A stretch of DNA of 55,944 bases, counting the filler, from Sphacelaria rigidula (taxonomy: Eukaryota), in assembly GCA_964200075.2 (NCBI GenBank). It is 6 parts of 6 records of this genome, joined end to end, with 100 filler letters (N's around TTAATTAATTAA, not from the genome) between each part and the next. Parts side by side here need not be neighbours in the genome. Positions count along the whole stretch, not along the records: positions 18,685 to 27,925 come from CAXNAA020008953.1; positions 28,026 to 37,265 come from CAXNAA020008954.1; 4 more parts are not named here. The stretch is one strand, 5' to 3'. The notes under the pieces are model-generated. The model worked only from the letters and a program-made list of their open reading frames with translations. It was not told where the DNA came from and did no database searches. Each line of letters begins with the position of its first letter. The stretch's first letter is position 1. Both the position numbers and the translations under genes were made by a program. Below, in pieces: positions 22,001 to 34,816 of this stretch.

Positions 22001-25000
22001 AATGTTCTTTCGGGGCTGTGTGTCGGTGCTGTGTTGCCCTAGAGCTTGATGTCTGCAGCATGACAAAGTGGGGATTCGTAGTTTACAGGCCCGTTGTACC
22101 GCCGAAACTTGAAGTTGGACCCTGAAATTTGGTGTAGACAAAAAATTGGGCATAATGGAAACAAATACCAGTGCACACCAGATTACATTCACCGATTTCT
22201 TCCACTCAGCATACCCCTGTGGTTCTCCATCCCGAGTTTCAAAACATGATTATACGAATGAAGCTTATGAATTGAAATGAGGGATGGAAGCAGTGTTGAT
22301 TTCTTCTCGAAATTGTCCCAAAAGGCCGAGAAAGTAAATGTGGCTGTGTTTTCAAGCTTCATAATGCATGACTCGGGGATTGAGACGCGATATCCAGGTT
22401 TACCTGATCTAGTGCATCTGCTCGAAATGTACTGATTGTAAGATAGAAATTCATGTGTGCTATATCTCGAGATGAAGGAGGAGTTGGATAAAGGTGACTT
22501 TGTATCGTCTCCTCATGCTCCAGGGGAAGTCCATATAAAAATTCGTCATCCGCTTGACTCATCGATTAGGGGTTTGAGAAAGATTATAGTATGGACACCA
22601 TGTCCCGTCAGGTATGGGAATTACTGGACATGAGATTTGATCACTGAGAAAAAATGAACACAAACCCCCGAGCAGATGGGCACCTTAATGTTCGTTATAG
22701 AAAACAGACTGCGGATCACGCCCCAACTCGTCCGTGTCGACGAGAAATTTCGTCGAGAGCTTGAATCCGTGTCTGGGCTGCCCCAGCTCCTACACCGGTC
22801 TTGGACATGCCTGGACTCATGACCACTTCCAAGTCCGCCGCATTTCTCAACCTACGTCCTACTATGAGTTCCGATCTGGACATGATTGCTTGTCGATGGC
22901 AGTCAGGACTGGTCGTTATGGGGCCAATCCCCCGTCATGAGGGTATGTTGGGAACGGGTATTTTCGTTTTCGTGAATTCTTGTAATCTACAACCCACGTC
23001 ACGTATCTGGAGGGATATCGGGTGCGATCCCGTATGCGCCTGGGATAGTCCAAATATCCGGATATGAAATTGTGCGAGACTGCAGATATTCACGAAGATT
23101 ATTCCACCCAACATATCCATATGATCTTGTAGCCGTTTTCAGACCCAATATCGAACTCTACTACCAAAAACTGTGTCGAACGGGTGTCTCTGTGGGGCAA
23201 GGAGGGACCGGCGGGCGGTGGTCGGAGATTCAACCCATTGCCTGTCGGCTCGATTCAGTCTTGGAGCCATCACGTGCTCCTCCTTGGGAAATAACACGCG
23301 AAACTGAGACGGTCAAGTCTGCCGGTCAAACGGATTTGAGTGTCAAGTCGACCCGGAATATAAACTCACTTCATGCGCTTCACCTTCTTTCTCGTCCTGC
23401 GGCCACAAGCGACAGCAACCGAGACGGTCACACTAGATGGTGATGCTGGATGATGGAAAAAGGGGCCAGCATAAGCAGCGTGCTGAACCATGAAGCTATG
23501 TTACAATGCGTAAGCTCAACCTCTTCTTCAAGGCACTCGAAATGTACTTTGTTCACGAGTGAAGACTCACGTTCAAATGTGTTTCCTCGACTTTGTTACG
23601 CCCACCTGTTATCCGTTTCTCGCTGCAGGCCCCTACAAGATCAATGGTGTCCCATTGAGGCGCGTGAACCAGGCGTACGTGATCGCGACGTCGATGGTGG
23701 TGGATATTTCTGGTGTCACCATTCCTGTTGCGGACGATGCTTACTTCGCGCGTGTCGCAGCGCCAAAAAAAGCCGCCGAAGATCAATTTTTCGAGCAGGC
23801 GTCCAAGGTGCGAAACAGGAGCAGTCTTGAAGCAAAACTATGACGTGACGGAACTAGAAAATTACTTGATCGTACCAGTTGGCCAGCGAAAGGATGGGTT
23901 GAAACTTTTGGCTACATACCGACACGATTGAATTGTGCTGTGATCTGCATATGATATCCGTCGTTTGATTCAGGAGGAGTTGCGCATCTGCCCAAGGATA
24001 CTGTTTTTTTTTCTCGTTGCATGAACACCTGACTAATGAATTCCTTCACGTACGGGGGAAGGTTCCTACTGCCGGTATATGGAACCTGGACGACATACAG
24101 CGGTCATGATCGGAAAGTTGGAGTGACCTGGACCTGTCGCAACAAGATGTTGCCATTCCCCCTCGAAACGAATCACTTGTTGCTTTATTCACGTTTTTCG
24201 GAGGTGCGCGCACGAGACTTTTTTAATGTATGAGCCTAAAGTTTCTAAACTCGAGCTGTGCGTGTAGCGTCTCGTGCAGCCCCGCAGCACGTCATTGTTC
24301 GAAGTAGGAAAGCCTCCATCTAGGGATTTTGTGAGTCGAATCCCGACACGACCATTTTTCTTACTCTATCTGCGGTTGACCCGGACCGTGCTGAAGGCAA
24401 ACCTGAGCTTTGGAATCAGTATACCATCGACACAGACGAGGTGGAGCCGTGGTTCACGTATCGTAGTTTTAGTCTGATCAAGGGGCAGGTACACATCTTC
24501 TCCAATGTCCGGGCCACTTCTTTCCCGTTCGATGAAATCCACGTCGCTACCACCACCGAAGTAGGAATACAAACATGAACCTGTTTGAATGTAACTTTTC
24601 TGCAATGTGTTGATGAGATCGCACTACCTTGAAAAATGCATCTTCGATTTGCGCCCGGCCCAATTTCCAGGTTGCTCCTCCCCGCATAATTTCAGGAAAA
24701 TGCCAACTCACGGAAAAAAAACTTTCCTTCCCGGTGTGATGATTTTTCACACCCTGTGCATCTATGCCAACAAACCACTTGGCTGGTTTTCGACCAACTG
24801 CCGGCCGGATGTGTTCGAACAACTAGTTGGGCACGAGTTAGAGTAGTAGTTGTTTCAAAACATTTCGCGCGTACGATACTTGAACAGCATTGTGTTCGAG
24901 AGCACCTAGATGCGCGCGAATTTCAAACAGGTGTCTGCTGGCCCAGGTGGTCGTCAACGTCGTGCAACGATTATCATAGGACTGTTGGCTGAAACAGAGC

Positions 25001-25650
25001 TGGCGCGTAAGCATGTCGACACCACACGCTCTCACACAAACACACACGAGGGTCCCCTCGAGGCGTGTCTTGCTCTCGCCCCGTATGGTGGATGCCCCGG
25101 CACGTACAACACCTCATCTGTCTTTTACTCCATTCAGCAGGTTGGCCTGATCTTTGAGGTCTACGCTCCTTGCATGTAATAATCGGCTTGGAGGTCATCT
25201 CCCATGAAGTTGCCAACGAGCTAATGTCACCTCGCAGGACCCACTCCACTTGTACGCGTCTTCGTACCTTTCAAAATTATCATACATGATTCCGCCGCGT
25301 TATTTCATGAGAAACAATCCGAACACGCCGACGCCATTGATCACGTACCCTGCACTCGATGCATAACGTCGCGTGTAAATCATGGGCACGCTCCCTCTCC
25401 GCACCACCGACCTGACGGTGCTCTAGGAGATGGGGCTTCATGAGTGAGGCTCTAATGTCGCTCCAACTGTTTCGTTTTCCCTGTGTGTCTCGTGCAGAGC
25501 TCAACGGTGTCCGATCAGCGCAAGGCTGATCAGAAGACGGTGGATGCGGGTATTCTGGCGGCCGTGACGAAGAACAAGCTCCTCAAGGCCTACTTGAATG
25601 CGAAGTTTTCTCTCAAGAACGGAGACCGTCCCCACGAGATGAAGTTCTAG
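19008..25650 (+). CDS. RPL6: 60S ribosomal protein L6 (eL6), complete, 4 coding exons, 178 aa
   Basis: Exons 19008-19025 (MTKEAT), 19270-19456 (..[38 protein letters not shown]), 23629-23807 ([22 protein letters not shown]..), 25498-25650 (..[32 protein letters not shown]). All splice sites are GT-AG, phases match, and the eL6 signatures are present. Confidence 0.96.
22160..22810 (+). pseudogene. Decayed coding relic inside RPL6 intron 2, homologous to 12900-13540
   Basis: See the partner feature; the longest clean stretch is [41 protein letters not shown]. Confidence 0.45.
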
Positions 25651-27852
25651 GCGAATCTGTACCGTAGCACTTGTTGCGATCTGGCCTGCCCTGTGGCAGT
25701 ACCGTTTGCGACGTTGCGTGATGGCTCTATAACATGGCTTTTCGACTGATGCATTTTTCGTGTAACGGCCACTGCGAGTGGAGCGATGGCCTTCACCTCG
25801 AGAATGATTCTGTGAACGGGGTCGCAAGACTTTTTCGTGCAATGGGTTGGATTTCATGGAGCACACCTCCAGCAAACCGTACCTTCCCCCGTTGACCCCC
25901 ACCAGTCACTCTCTGTTCCGGGGCTGTAGCCCTCGATGATGAGAGCAGCTCTATGTTGCACCAAAAATGACCTCCACAGTGGAACCATCATGTCGTACCC
26001 ATGGTATGATGCCGAAACGGGATCCGCGATCTCCGCGATCGGTCCGCTCCAGCTTTTTTCTCCGCTGCATTGGCGGTGTTCATCGGACGCCCAGGTGTTT
26101 TAACGATCTCCAACACAGGTGCCTCTCATACTCGCGGGCGCTGGAAACAAAGAATGATGTATCATCTGATGGAGCACTCCCACACGACTCTCATGCACGA
26201 AAATTATAGCTCCACGTGCGCACACCGCACAAGAATCTCACAAGCTGGGCTTCCCAACATTGAGTGGTTTTTCGCTCGGGCGACACACCACGATATTAAT
26301 AGTCGGTCCCTAAAATATTTGAAAGCTCACAAGTCATGGTGACACTTCAACCTGACACATCATGAGCCATAAGTTCGGATCATCGACCCCCACGTGGAAT
26401 TGAAATTTTTGATGTGGTTGATATAACGTGACGTGATCTGACGTGTGGTCCTTCGGATGAAACCAAATGTTTGTTACCCGTTCCAACTGTCATGATTTCT
26501 CTCCCTACTTTCATGAACTATGGTGTCACCACACAACTTCACCGACACAGAATCGCTTTGCATGTAAGATTATCAAGACACTTGTCCGAGGTCAACACGT
26601 GACCATACAGATGTCCCATCCCAACGAAATAATCCACATGATCATGTTCTAGTGATGTGTGTATGGTACATGACGTGCACAACCCTGAAACGTCGATGCA
26701 GATGAACCATCTCGAACTGTACAAATTTCACAGATACTGTCAGTTCCGTATTTTCATCGTAACGATCTCTGAGCAGCCGGAAGGACGGGTGGTAAAAAAT
26801 GCAGCACTGATCCCCTTTGCATGCCACGCCGCGGACCGCGTCGGGTCAAAGGTACAAGACCGTTCCCGTCGGCGGCTGATGGCGTGGGTTTCGAGTGCAA
26901 CGACATGCGGTTGGTCGTGGAGCGATCCCGTCTGCCGTCCCGGGGTTGTAACAGCCCATGTCTTCCTGACATCGGCTTAATTATTTCGTGAGGAAACTAC
27001 TCGTACTCTCACTGTACCGAGCTGTTCAGCGTGTTCTGCAGGATGAGACATGGGTTGACGCCTGTGTACCACGCTAGCAACTGTGTCACCACCATAGGTA
27101 CCTTTTTTCACTCCGCATGTCCACAGGTTTCTACAGGTGTTTGATCTCCTGACATTCCTATCAACTGGCGTGTTGATGTCGGGAACCTGGCTGGCGGGGG
27201 AGGTATGGGTAACCTCAGTGATGAATAACACCCCCGTAAGTTCAGATTGGATCTGTCTGTTATTGCCGCACTACCGTCCTTGCTGGCACATGTGCGTGAC
27301 AGGACAGAAGTAACGATGACGGGAACATTGCCCCATCAATATGTTTTTCAGCGCACAGAGGCACGTCCTGTCCAAGAATAGAGGCAAAAGAGAAATCAAT
27401 GTTCGCGTTGGCAACAGGCGAGAAGTTACACGGAATTTCTCCGCACGTCGATGCCCTGGCATATAGGAAATATCGCACATGCTGGTGGGATCAAGATCGC
27501 CATTCTCGAGCGTTTGGTAACTATCGAGCGGGAACGCACGAAGGGCACGAGCGAGGAGCTTTCTCTCTGTCGTTGCTTCTCTCTCTGGTGATATCGACAC
27601 CGACACGTGTGTACACCGCATTTCGTTGGGTGCACCAAGCCAGAGTTGCTTCACCCGTGGACCGCGGTGGCCGTAGTCTCTCTGGACCACGCGTGTACTT
27701 TTTCCAAGTGGATATTGACGTCGATTCAGCAGGTGATCTCTCGCGGTCCGACGGTCAAGTCCTCCTGCGGATTTTGGGGGGGAAAATACCTTCGCTCTGT
27801 TACTCTTTCGTATCTTCCCTGCAACAGACAAATGCGACTCCAGCCCCATTTT

Positions 27853-27925
27853 TGTGTTGTGTGTGTGTTGTCGTCCCATTTATTCTGGGCACCAGTCTAC
27901 ACCTTTCGGTGTATGTGGGTGCATC
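27853..27925 (-). mobile_element. (CA)n-tailed interspersed repeat 3' end
   Basis: Matches 31075-31145; the minus strand reads ..CCAGAATAAATGGGACG[A/G]CAACACACAC. Confidence 0.6.
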
Positions 27926-28025
27926 NNNNNNNNNNNNNNNNNNNNNNNNNNNNNNNNNNNNNNNNNNNNTTAATTAATTAANNNNNNNNNNNNNNNNNNN
28001 NNNNNNNNNNNNNNNNNNNNNNNNN
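27926..28025. other. Artificial contig spacer
   Basis: N44-TTAATTAATTAA-N44. Confidence 0.97.
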
Positions 28026-28049
28026 GGGGGGGGGTGGGGGGGGGGGGGG

Positions 28050-28227
28050 TGTATCGTAGAAAGTTTCGTATTTAGAAGGTTTTGAGTAATGTATGAAAGA
28101 AGGTTAGTGAGCACCCACATATTGGAGGTGTCTCTAGCAGGAGTGGGAACGGTGCTCCGTCTCGAAAGGGATGCGTGGTCAATGGTCAAATGACAAAGGC
28201 AAGCAACAAATGAGTACGCCCATCCCC
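28050..28227 (+). mobile_element. Family B retroposon, longest copy; probable LINE ORF C-terminus plus tail
   Basis: Ends ATGAGTACGCCCATCCCC; one frame reads VLSNV*KKVSEHPHIGGVSSRSGNGAPSRKGCVVNGQMTKASNK*. Confidence 0.6.
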
Positions 28228-28230
28228 TTG

Positions 28231-28475
28231 TTGAGGGCTGGCGTCGGTCGGCAACGACGCTGTGAAACAGGCCACTCTTTTTCCGGCCGAACATTTTCAG
28301 CAGGATGCAGTTCACCCTTCACGCGACTCGCCGAACACATCCCGGCGCTTCGTGCTTGGTGATTGATTTCGAGTCTGGCTCGGCGAAAATCCGGCGTGCT
28401 CCATCCCGGCTTTGTAGGGATGCGAGGTCAGTGGCCTTGTGAAGTCGACGTGCAAGACCATGAGGACACCCCCCA
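28231..28475 (+). mobile_element. Family A retroposon, internally deleted copy keeping both ends
   Basis: The 5' head GGGCTGGCGTCGGTCGGCAACGACGCTGTGAAACA is joined to the 3' about 190 bp, ending CATGAGGACACCCCCC. Confidence 0.75.
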
Positions 28476-28639
28476 TGATTTTCACGAATGAAATGGGCCC
28501 GAGGTTTTATACAAGCATTCCTGGGCAAAATGCAAGTATCGTGACATACCCAGGCACTATGCTAAGATCGTGGCTGCAACTGATATTTCGTAGTCAACGA
28601 ATCTCCCGTAGAGATATGGCGTCCGCAAGGAGGAAATAC

Positions 28640-28762
28640 ATCATAAGGCCATTGACCTCGCATCCCTACAAAGCCGGAACGGAGCACGCCGGGATTTCGT
28701 CGGACCAGGCTTGAAATCACTCACCGAGCGAGAAGCGCCGTGATGTGTTCGGCGGGTCGTTT
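28640..28762 (-). mobile_element. Family A fragment
   Basis: CCATTGACCTCGCATCCCTACAAAGCCGGAACGGAGCACGCCGG..GTGTTCGGCG on the plus strand. Confidence 0.7.
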
Positions 28763-30168
28763 CTAAGGAGGGGGTAAGGGGCGAGGGACGGGGGGCAAGT
28801 ACCCGGTGCATCCTTCAGTGCATTGCATACGCAATGATCGTGAGAGAAAGTATCAAGTCATTCGTGATCCATATTGACGGAGAAGTGTTCCGGGGAAGGT
28901 TTTCTCAAGTGTTTCTCTCTGCGACCAAGCTGCAGGCAACAGCGGTGTGAAGATGGTGAGCCTAAGCTCTCTGACGATGTGCTGCTATCCGTCGCCCCAG
29001 CGCATGGAGCGGTCAGGGCAAATGCAATAAACACGGGTACCACTTTCGCTGGTATAGGCCTCGTTGTTGGATCGCCGCTCCAGAACCAACGTTTTAAGCC
29101 AGTTTTTTTTAAATGTGTTGCAACAAGGAACCTGGACGATGGCGCACGATATGATTGTCCCAGATAATTGAAGAACGCCGCCGACAGAATTTGTTTCGCG
29201 TTGTGTTCTGTAGGGTTATAAATACTCCGAAGCGGGGAATTTTTGGTTGGCACACTAAAACCATACCGAAAACATATACCTAACATTCCTGTATGGTTTG
29301 CCAGAGTGTTGAGCCCTGTCATGTTCCAAACACAGGAGTATGACTCGGAACGGCATTTCCCGCTAAAATACCTCTTTTGCACACCTGTGAACACGCGAAT
29401 CAATTTCAGGCGATATACTTGACAGCAAACAACCTTAGGATAAATCGACGCCTGCAGATGCGGAGAAGGGGAGTTCGTATACTGCGGCGTCGCATGCTGA
29501 AAAAAGCACTGTACTGGACAGAAGTCGAGTCCCCAAGGGCATTATACTCACTCACTCGGCGATTTTAACGCCCTGAGCCCTGAGCCACGCGATTCACGTG
29601 CGCCATAGTATTCACGGTCAGCACGAATCAGAGTTCATACGAGTTGACTCCTCATGAAATGACAGGATTCAACCTGTCTCAATTGTTGGTCCCGCTGAGT
29701 CGAGGGTGGATAACACTTTGCAGTGCAGGCATCTTGCGCGCATTACAGATGGGAGAAAAGTACGCGTGATTCAGGACCCAAGTGACAGGATTCAACCTGT
29801 GTGAATTATTGGTCCCGCATTAACCCGAAGGTGGGAAAAATATACAGGCGCTCACCTCGAACGACTCGGTCAAGCCAGTTGTATATTCCGTTCATGCCTC
29901 ATGGTAAGAAGTGCGTGGCATGTACGATCGATTCATTCGAATTGCAGTACGGGGGATGAATATGTGCCCATAATATACCCCGTATTCACGGAAGGTAGGG
30001 AACAGGTACCTTTGACATGTACTGCACGACTCACGAGCTGAAAAGTTGAATAGATTTTAAATGATGTACGAATCGTATGATTTATTCGTGGGAATGATGA
30101 ATATGAGTTGAATCACGATTTGATTCGTCCTAACCGTGATAGTTTTGCGGAACGCATCGTGGACTCTG

Positions 30169-30323
30169 CACACTCTGGACAACGGGTTACACTGGCAAGA
30201 CGTGTACTGCGTCGAACGGTATCCAATCTTTAGTATATTGTAATATATACACTCTATACATTCGATACTGTACGCAGCACTCGTTTCGCGAATGTAATCT
30301 TTATCGCCATTATCCAGGGTGTA
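30169..30323. mobile_element. MITE, CACACCCTGGACAATG-TIR family
   Basis: CACACTCTGGACAACG ... CATTATCCAGGGTGTA. Confidence 0.65.
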
Positions 30324-30985
30324 GCAATCTTCCAAGGGCGTTTACCGCATGTTCTCAATATATATTGTTCCGAGAGTACTTTAAACCCAACGGCAGACAG
30401 GAAAATACCAAAGCTGACCTCGAAAGTGACATACGGCGAATGATTGAACCGTATGGTATACGACTGAGCCGTATGGCGTCGCGGCGGTACACGGTGCGGC
30501 ACGGGGAGACATTGTACTGTTCGAGACAATGTTTTCAGCTAAGATTCGCTCATTGCACACGACGGTAAAGGATTTGTTCAGTGATATATCACGCAATGTA
30601 TAATTGAATATATCACGCTAGCTTTGAAAAACCAAATGACAGGTGATCATAACGCACGGCAAGAGCACCAGTGGGGTACGGCGCAGCTAAATATACAGCA
30701 AACGCTCTTGTGGCAATGAAGATACACGCTACTCAATGATTGATTTCATGCGACCTGGGACTATTCATTGACTTGTTCTTCGGTACCCATATAGAGTCAT
30801 GCCATGCTAGGGGTGGTTGCACACTTGGGTCCAGCTGTTTCGCATTGAGCAGCTCCTCAAGTTGGTAGCTACACAAGAACATGGGCCAGGCAGGACATTC
30901 CCGTGTTCTAAAACTCATCCGAGGTCACCCTACTCATAGCCCATTCGAGTGCTGGTCGTAACGTGCTGTCACATATCTTATGGGA

Positions 30986-30988
<3 letters not shown>

Positions 30989-31052
<64 letters not shown>

Positions 31053-31310
31053 CCTCTGTGCGTGTGTGTGTGCGCGTGCGCGTGTGTTGCCGTCCCATTT
31101 ATTCTGGACGTCGGTCTACACCTTTCGGTTTATGTGGGCGCACCAGTCGGCGGTCACACAGGAGGAAGATCAGCACAGGAGATTTGTTTTTTTCTTTTAC
31201 TTCTCCACCTTCCTTCTGCGGTGCTTGCCTTTGTTTTTTCAATGCAAGGGGGGCTCAGCAGTCCCTTTCCCTCGTCGACCATTAAGTCGAATTTTTCTGG
31301 ATGAGATAAA
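30989..31310 (-). mobile_element. Interspersed repeat 3' end with an (AC)n/(AG)n microsatellite tail
   Basis: (TC)n at 30989-31045 and (TG/CG)n, then sequence shared with 27853-27925. Confidence 0.6.
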
Positions 31311-31720
31311 TGGCTCCTGACAGTTCAAACGTGAGGGACATTTTGTGCAACCCTACCGTGGTATGCATGGCTCCATAATGTACCTCAACAGGGCCATTTA
31401 CCGATATCTTGATATCGCTCGGTAGCGAGTATTCGAGAGTTTCCGTAACTGTGGTACGGTACGGCACGGGATGGCATGGCACGCGGCCTGACGACTGCGG
31501 CGTCCGCTGCGGAATCAATGAACTACCAGGATAATCGCCGCAATCGCCGCAATCACCATAGTCGCCGTAATCACCCTTACAATCATACCGTACGTACCAT
31601 ACGGGGTGAACCACCTGTAGCCCTGACGATAGCAGTCATGGGTAGCAGATGGAGGCTCAAAAGTAAAAAAATATTATTAAAGAAAAATTAGGCACAGTGA
31701 AAAAGACGAGAGAACTATTG

Positions 31721-32052
31721 CACACCCTGGATAATGACAATGTCGAACGAGACAATAAATTGCAATGTCAAACAATATACGACTACTACTGCGTACAGTG
31801 TGAAATCTTTTGTCTATTATTGCAACGGACGCAATGTTCCCATACTGTACGTAGTACACGTTTTGATTATGTAATCTCTGTCATTATCCAGGGTGTGGAC
31901 GATTCACATCCTGGATAATGACAATAGATTACATTGTCAAAATTTTTACTGCGTACAGTATGGGAACATTGCGTCCGTTGCAATAATAGACAACAGATCT
32001 CAGACTGTGCACAGTACATTTTTTGACAATGGAATCCATTGTCCAGGGTGTG
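31721..32052. mobile_element. Two tandem MITEs of the CACACCCTGGATAATGACA family (31721-31897, 31905-32052)
   Basis: The first copy has perfect 19-bp TIRs; both copies are followed by (G)GACGATT. Confidence 0.8.
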
Positions 32053-32696
32053 GGACGATTGCGCCACCCGTAATTTGCCGACGACGCAGTGAATCAATCC
32101 CGTGGTAGCGCAGAGCACACATCCAAGGTTGACTGTTGAGCTATGCATGTCGTGTTCCGTTGTCGGTGCATTGATCGGTCAATCCACTGATCAACTGTCG
32201 CGTATCACGGGAAGTGATCCATTACGAGAGCGCGGTCACGGTCGCAAAATAGACGTAACCAAAGGGATATATTGTACTCTGAAATACTCGCTTAAGAAAA
32301 AAAGTACTCTAGAAAAAAGGAAAGAATAGGTTAGAAGGAGCACAACAGCCGTTGAACTGAACTGAAGCTTTAGGTTGCGCGGAAATCATGGTACATACTT
32401 ACGACTGCGCGCGAGCGAAGGGACTCGAATGATGAACAATAGTTATCGTACAAAATCGAGTGCAACAAGCCAAGATATACGTTTCTTCCTTCGACACTAT
32501 TTCGATGCACGTGTTTTAATTGACTGTCGCAAATTCTAATTTAACAAAACAATTACACTTTCATCAAGTAGTAAATCTTGTAGCGCCACAAAATAAACCT
32601 GCGCCATTCGCTGCAAGCAAAATTAAAAAAAAAACGAAAAGCGGGCATGAATCGAACAAGAGAGACAAAAAAAAAAAAGGCGTGTGAACAAAACTC

Positions 32697-33250
32697 TCAC
32701 GTCAATCCCCGCTCGAATACACGCCCTTGTCCACAAGCCATCACCCTCATTATTCCTCCGAAGCGCACGCACCTAGCACGGACGATATCCCCCACGCACA
32801 GCTCCCGCGCCGTCTCCACCTTGTCCGCCGTTCTCCGCCAAGCCGGCAGCTCCGGAACGCCGCCCGACGATTCTCCTGGCACGTCCGGATCTGCCGTCGG
32901 CATGGCCGCATCTTCAATATTCCCGCCGTCTCCGCACGCACCACCATCCGTTCCGCCTCCGCGAAGTTCTGTGCAATTGCTTCCGACCTCTTGTTCCTGT
33001 TCTTGGGACGTGTCGTCGTCACTCGAGTCGTCGCACGTCGACGCCAGGTGTATGGACAAGCGGGTTTCAGTCTTCTGTGCTCCGATCTGTTCCCCGCTGG
33101 TGTTGTCGTGGCCGGCGTCGTTGGAACCCCGTCGTCCGCTCGAAGCGACAGCCTCCACTGCTGCCGCATTCATCCCTTCCACGGCGTGGGCTAGCGACGA
33201 TCGTCGGGGACTCGCGGCGGCGTTCCTCGCTGATTCTGGCCGGTGAATAC
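32697..33250 (-). other. GC-rich coding-like segment (acidic low-complexity stretch, then ELCVGDIVRARCVRFG); possibly a continuation of the transposon relic
   Basis: Open 215-codon frame with GC-rich composition; no family recognised. Confidence 0.3.
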
Positions 33251-34123
33251 ACATGCCGGATACCCGGAATGATTCCACGGGCGGACGGCGCCGGAGGAGA
33301 TAAGGGGAGGGAGTATCCATGACGGAGGGTGCATCTGGGCGCACAGTTCAGCACAGCTGGCGGGGGCAAGGAAAAGGCTCACGTATTGTGAGGGTACAAG
33401 GGCTTGAAATCGAAACGCACATGTTGGGTTCAAGAAGCGAGAAGCGATATTGTGACGGGGTTCCCGGCGCATGTGCTCAGGCAAGTGTTGAGCGCCTGAT
33501 TTGTCGCGGCGGCTTGACGTCGCATCGGACGCGGGGGGGGTGGAGGTAACTATTATACGTAAATTGGTGTGATTTTTGCGGGTAGTCTCGGAGATGCAGC
33601 AGAGTCCAGAAATGATTCGGTGGCAAAGCTCGATTCTTGTCTGCAAGGTGTTTTTATCCCAATACATATATATATATATATATATCACAAGGGAGCACAC
33701 TTCCCTTAACCCTCTTTCCGACGATAGATAGCTCCCGTAGGCGATGAAGTGTGGAGTCGTGCTTCTCGCAATAGAAAGTGCTCATCACCACGGGTGTTAT
33801 CCGCCGTCAGCTAGTCAAGGCACAACGATCGACGCCAGCCGGGGAAAAGTATAGGATGAAACTCACCACCTGGAGAAGCTCCGTCAGAGAGACGTGCTTT
33901 ACCTGTCACTTCGCCACCGCTTGCGCTCGCAACATTCTCTTTCTCCTCCCGTATGTCCAGCCACGCCTGTTTCTCCTCGGGGGCTAAGGCGTCCAAATCA
34001 CTCTCCGTGTATTGGTCTTTCAGTGTCTTGAGTATCCGTAGGGGCAACACATGGAGCAGCGTTGAGGTCGATGCACGCAAGATACCGTATAAAGAAAACA
34101 AATCGGATAAGTATAGTATATAT

Positions 34124-34475
34124 CACACCCTGGACAATTCAATATGTTTCCAATATATATTAGTCTATCATTTTGGAATTTTGCGATATATTGCCGGTGT
34201 AATATATATTGGTACCCTTAGACTGCACATGTATTGCGCGCCCAATATATATTGATGTCGTAGGACTGCAAACATATTGCCCGCCCAATATATATTGGTA
34301 CTATTGGGTTGAACACATATTGTCCCAGCAATNNNNNNNNNNAGCGTGGGCGACAACATATTGCACGACAAATATATATTAGGGTCGCATTGATGAGAAC
34401 ATATTGACCGGTCAAAATATATTGGGTCTGCGTGGGTGACAACGCATTGGCCGGTCAATATATATTAGATATTTC
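34124..34475. mobile_element. CACACCCTGGACAAT-TIR element arm with arrayed CAATATATATTG-type palindromes
   Basis: TIR at 34124; repeated AATATATATT motifs; contains a small assembly gap. Confidence 0.6.
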
Positions 34476-34816
34476 AAATATCGTGTACGCTTTAAGAGAG
34501 ATCCAGAGGTGATGGATGCCGGAGCCCGTGCAGATTGGGAAAAGCTTCAAAGGGAGCTGCAGAAGTTCGCGTGCATTACTACGGAAAGCTGTCGAATGCG
34601 TTTGATATATATATATATATACTGTTTAGAAAATATGGTGACAGAAGAGGCGACCCGGTATATATGCCTCCTGATACCCATCTGGCCACCGGTGCGGGGC
34701 CGCCCATTCCCTTTCTAGCATGTAATATAAACATCTTGGCTAAACATCACGACGACAGAAAACGCGGGTCGATATGCGCCTTTTGGTACCCCTGTGGTCA
34801 CCGGGGCTGTGTTGCT

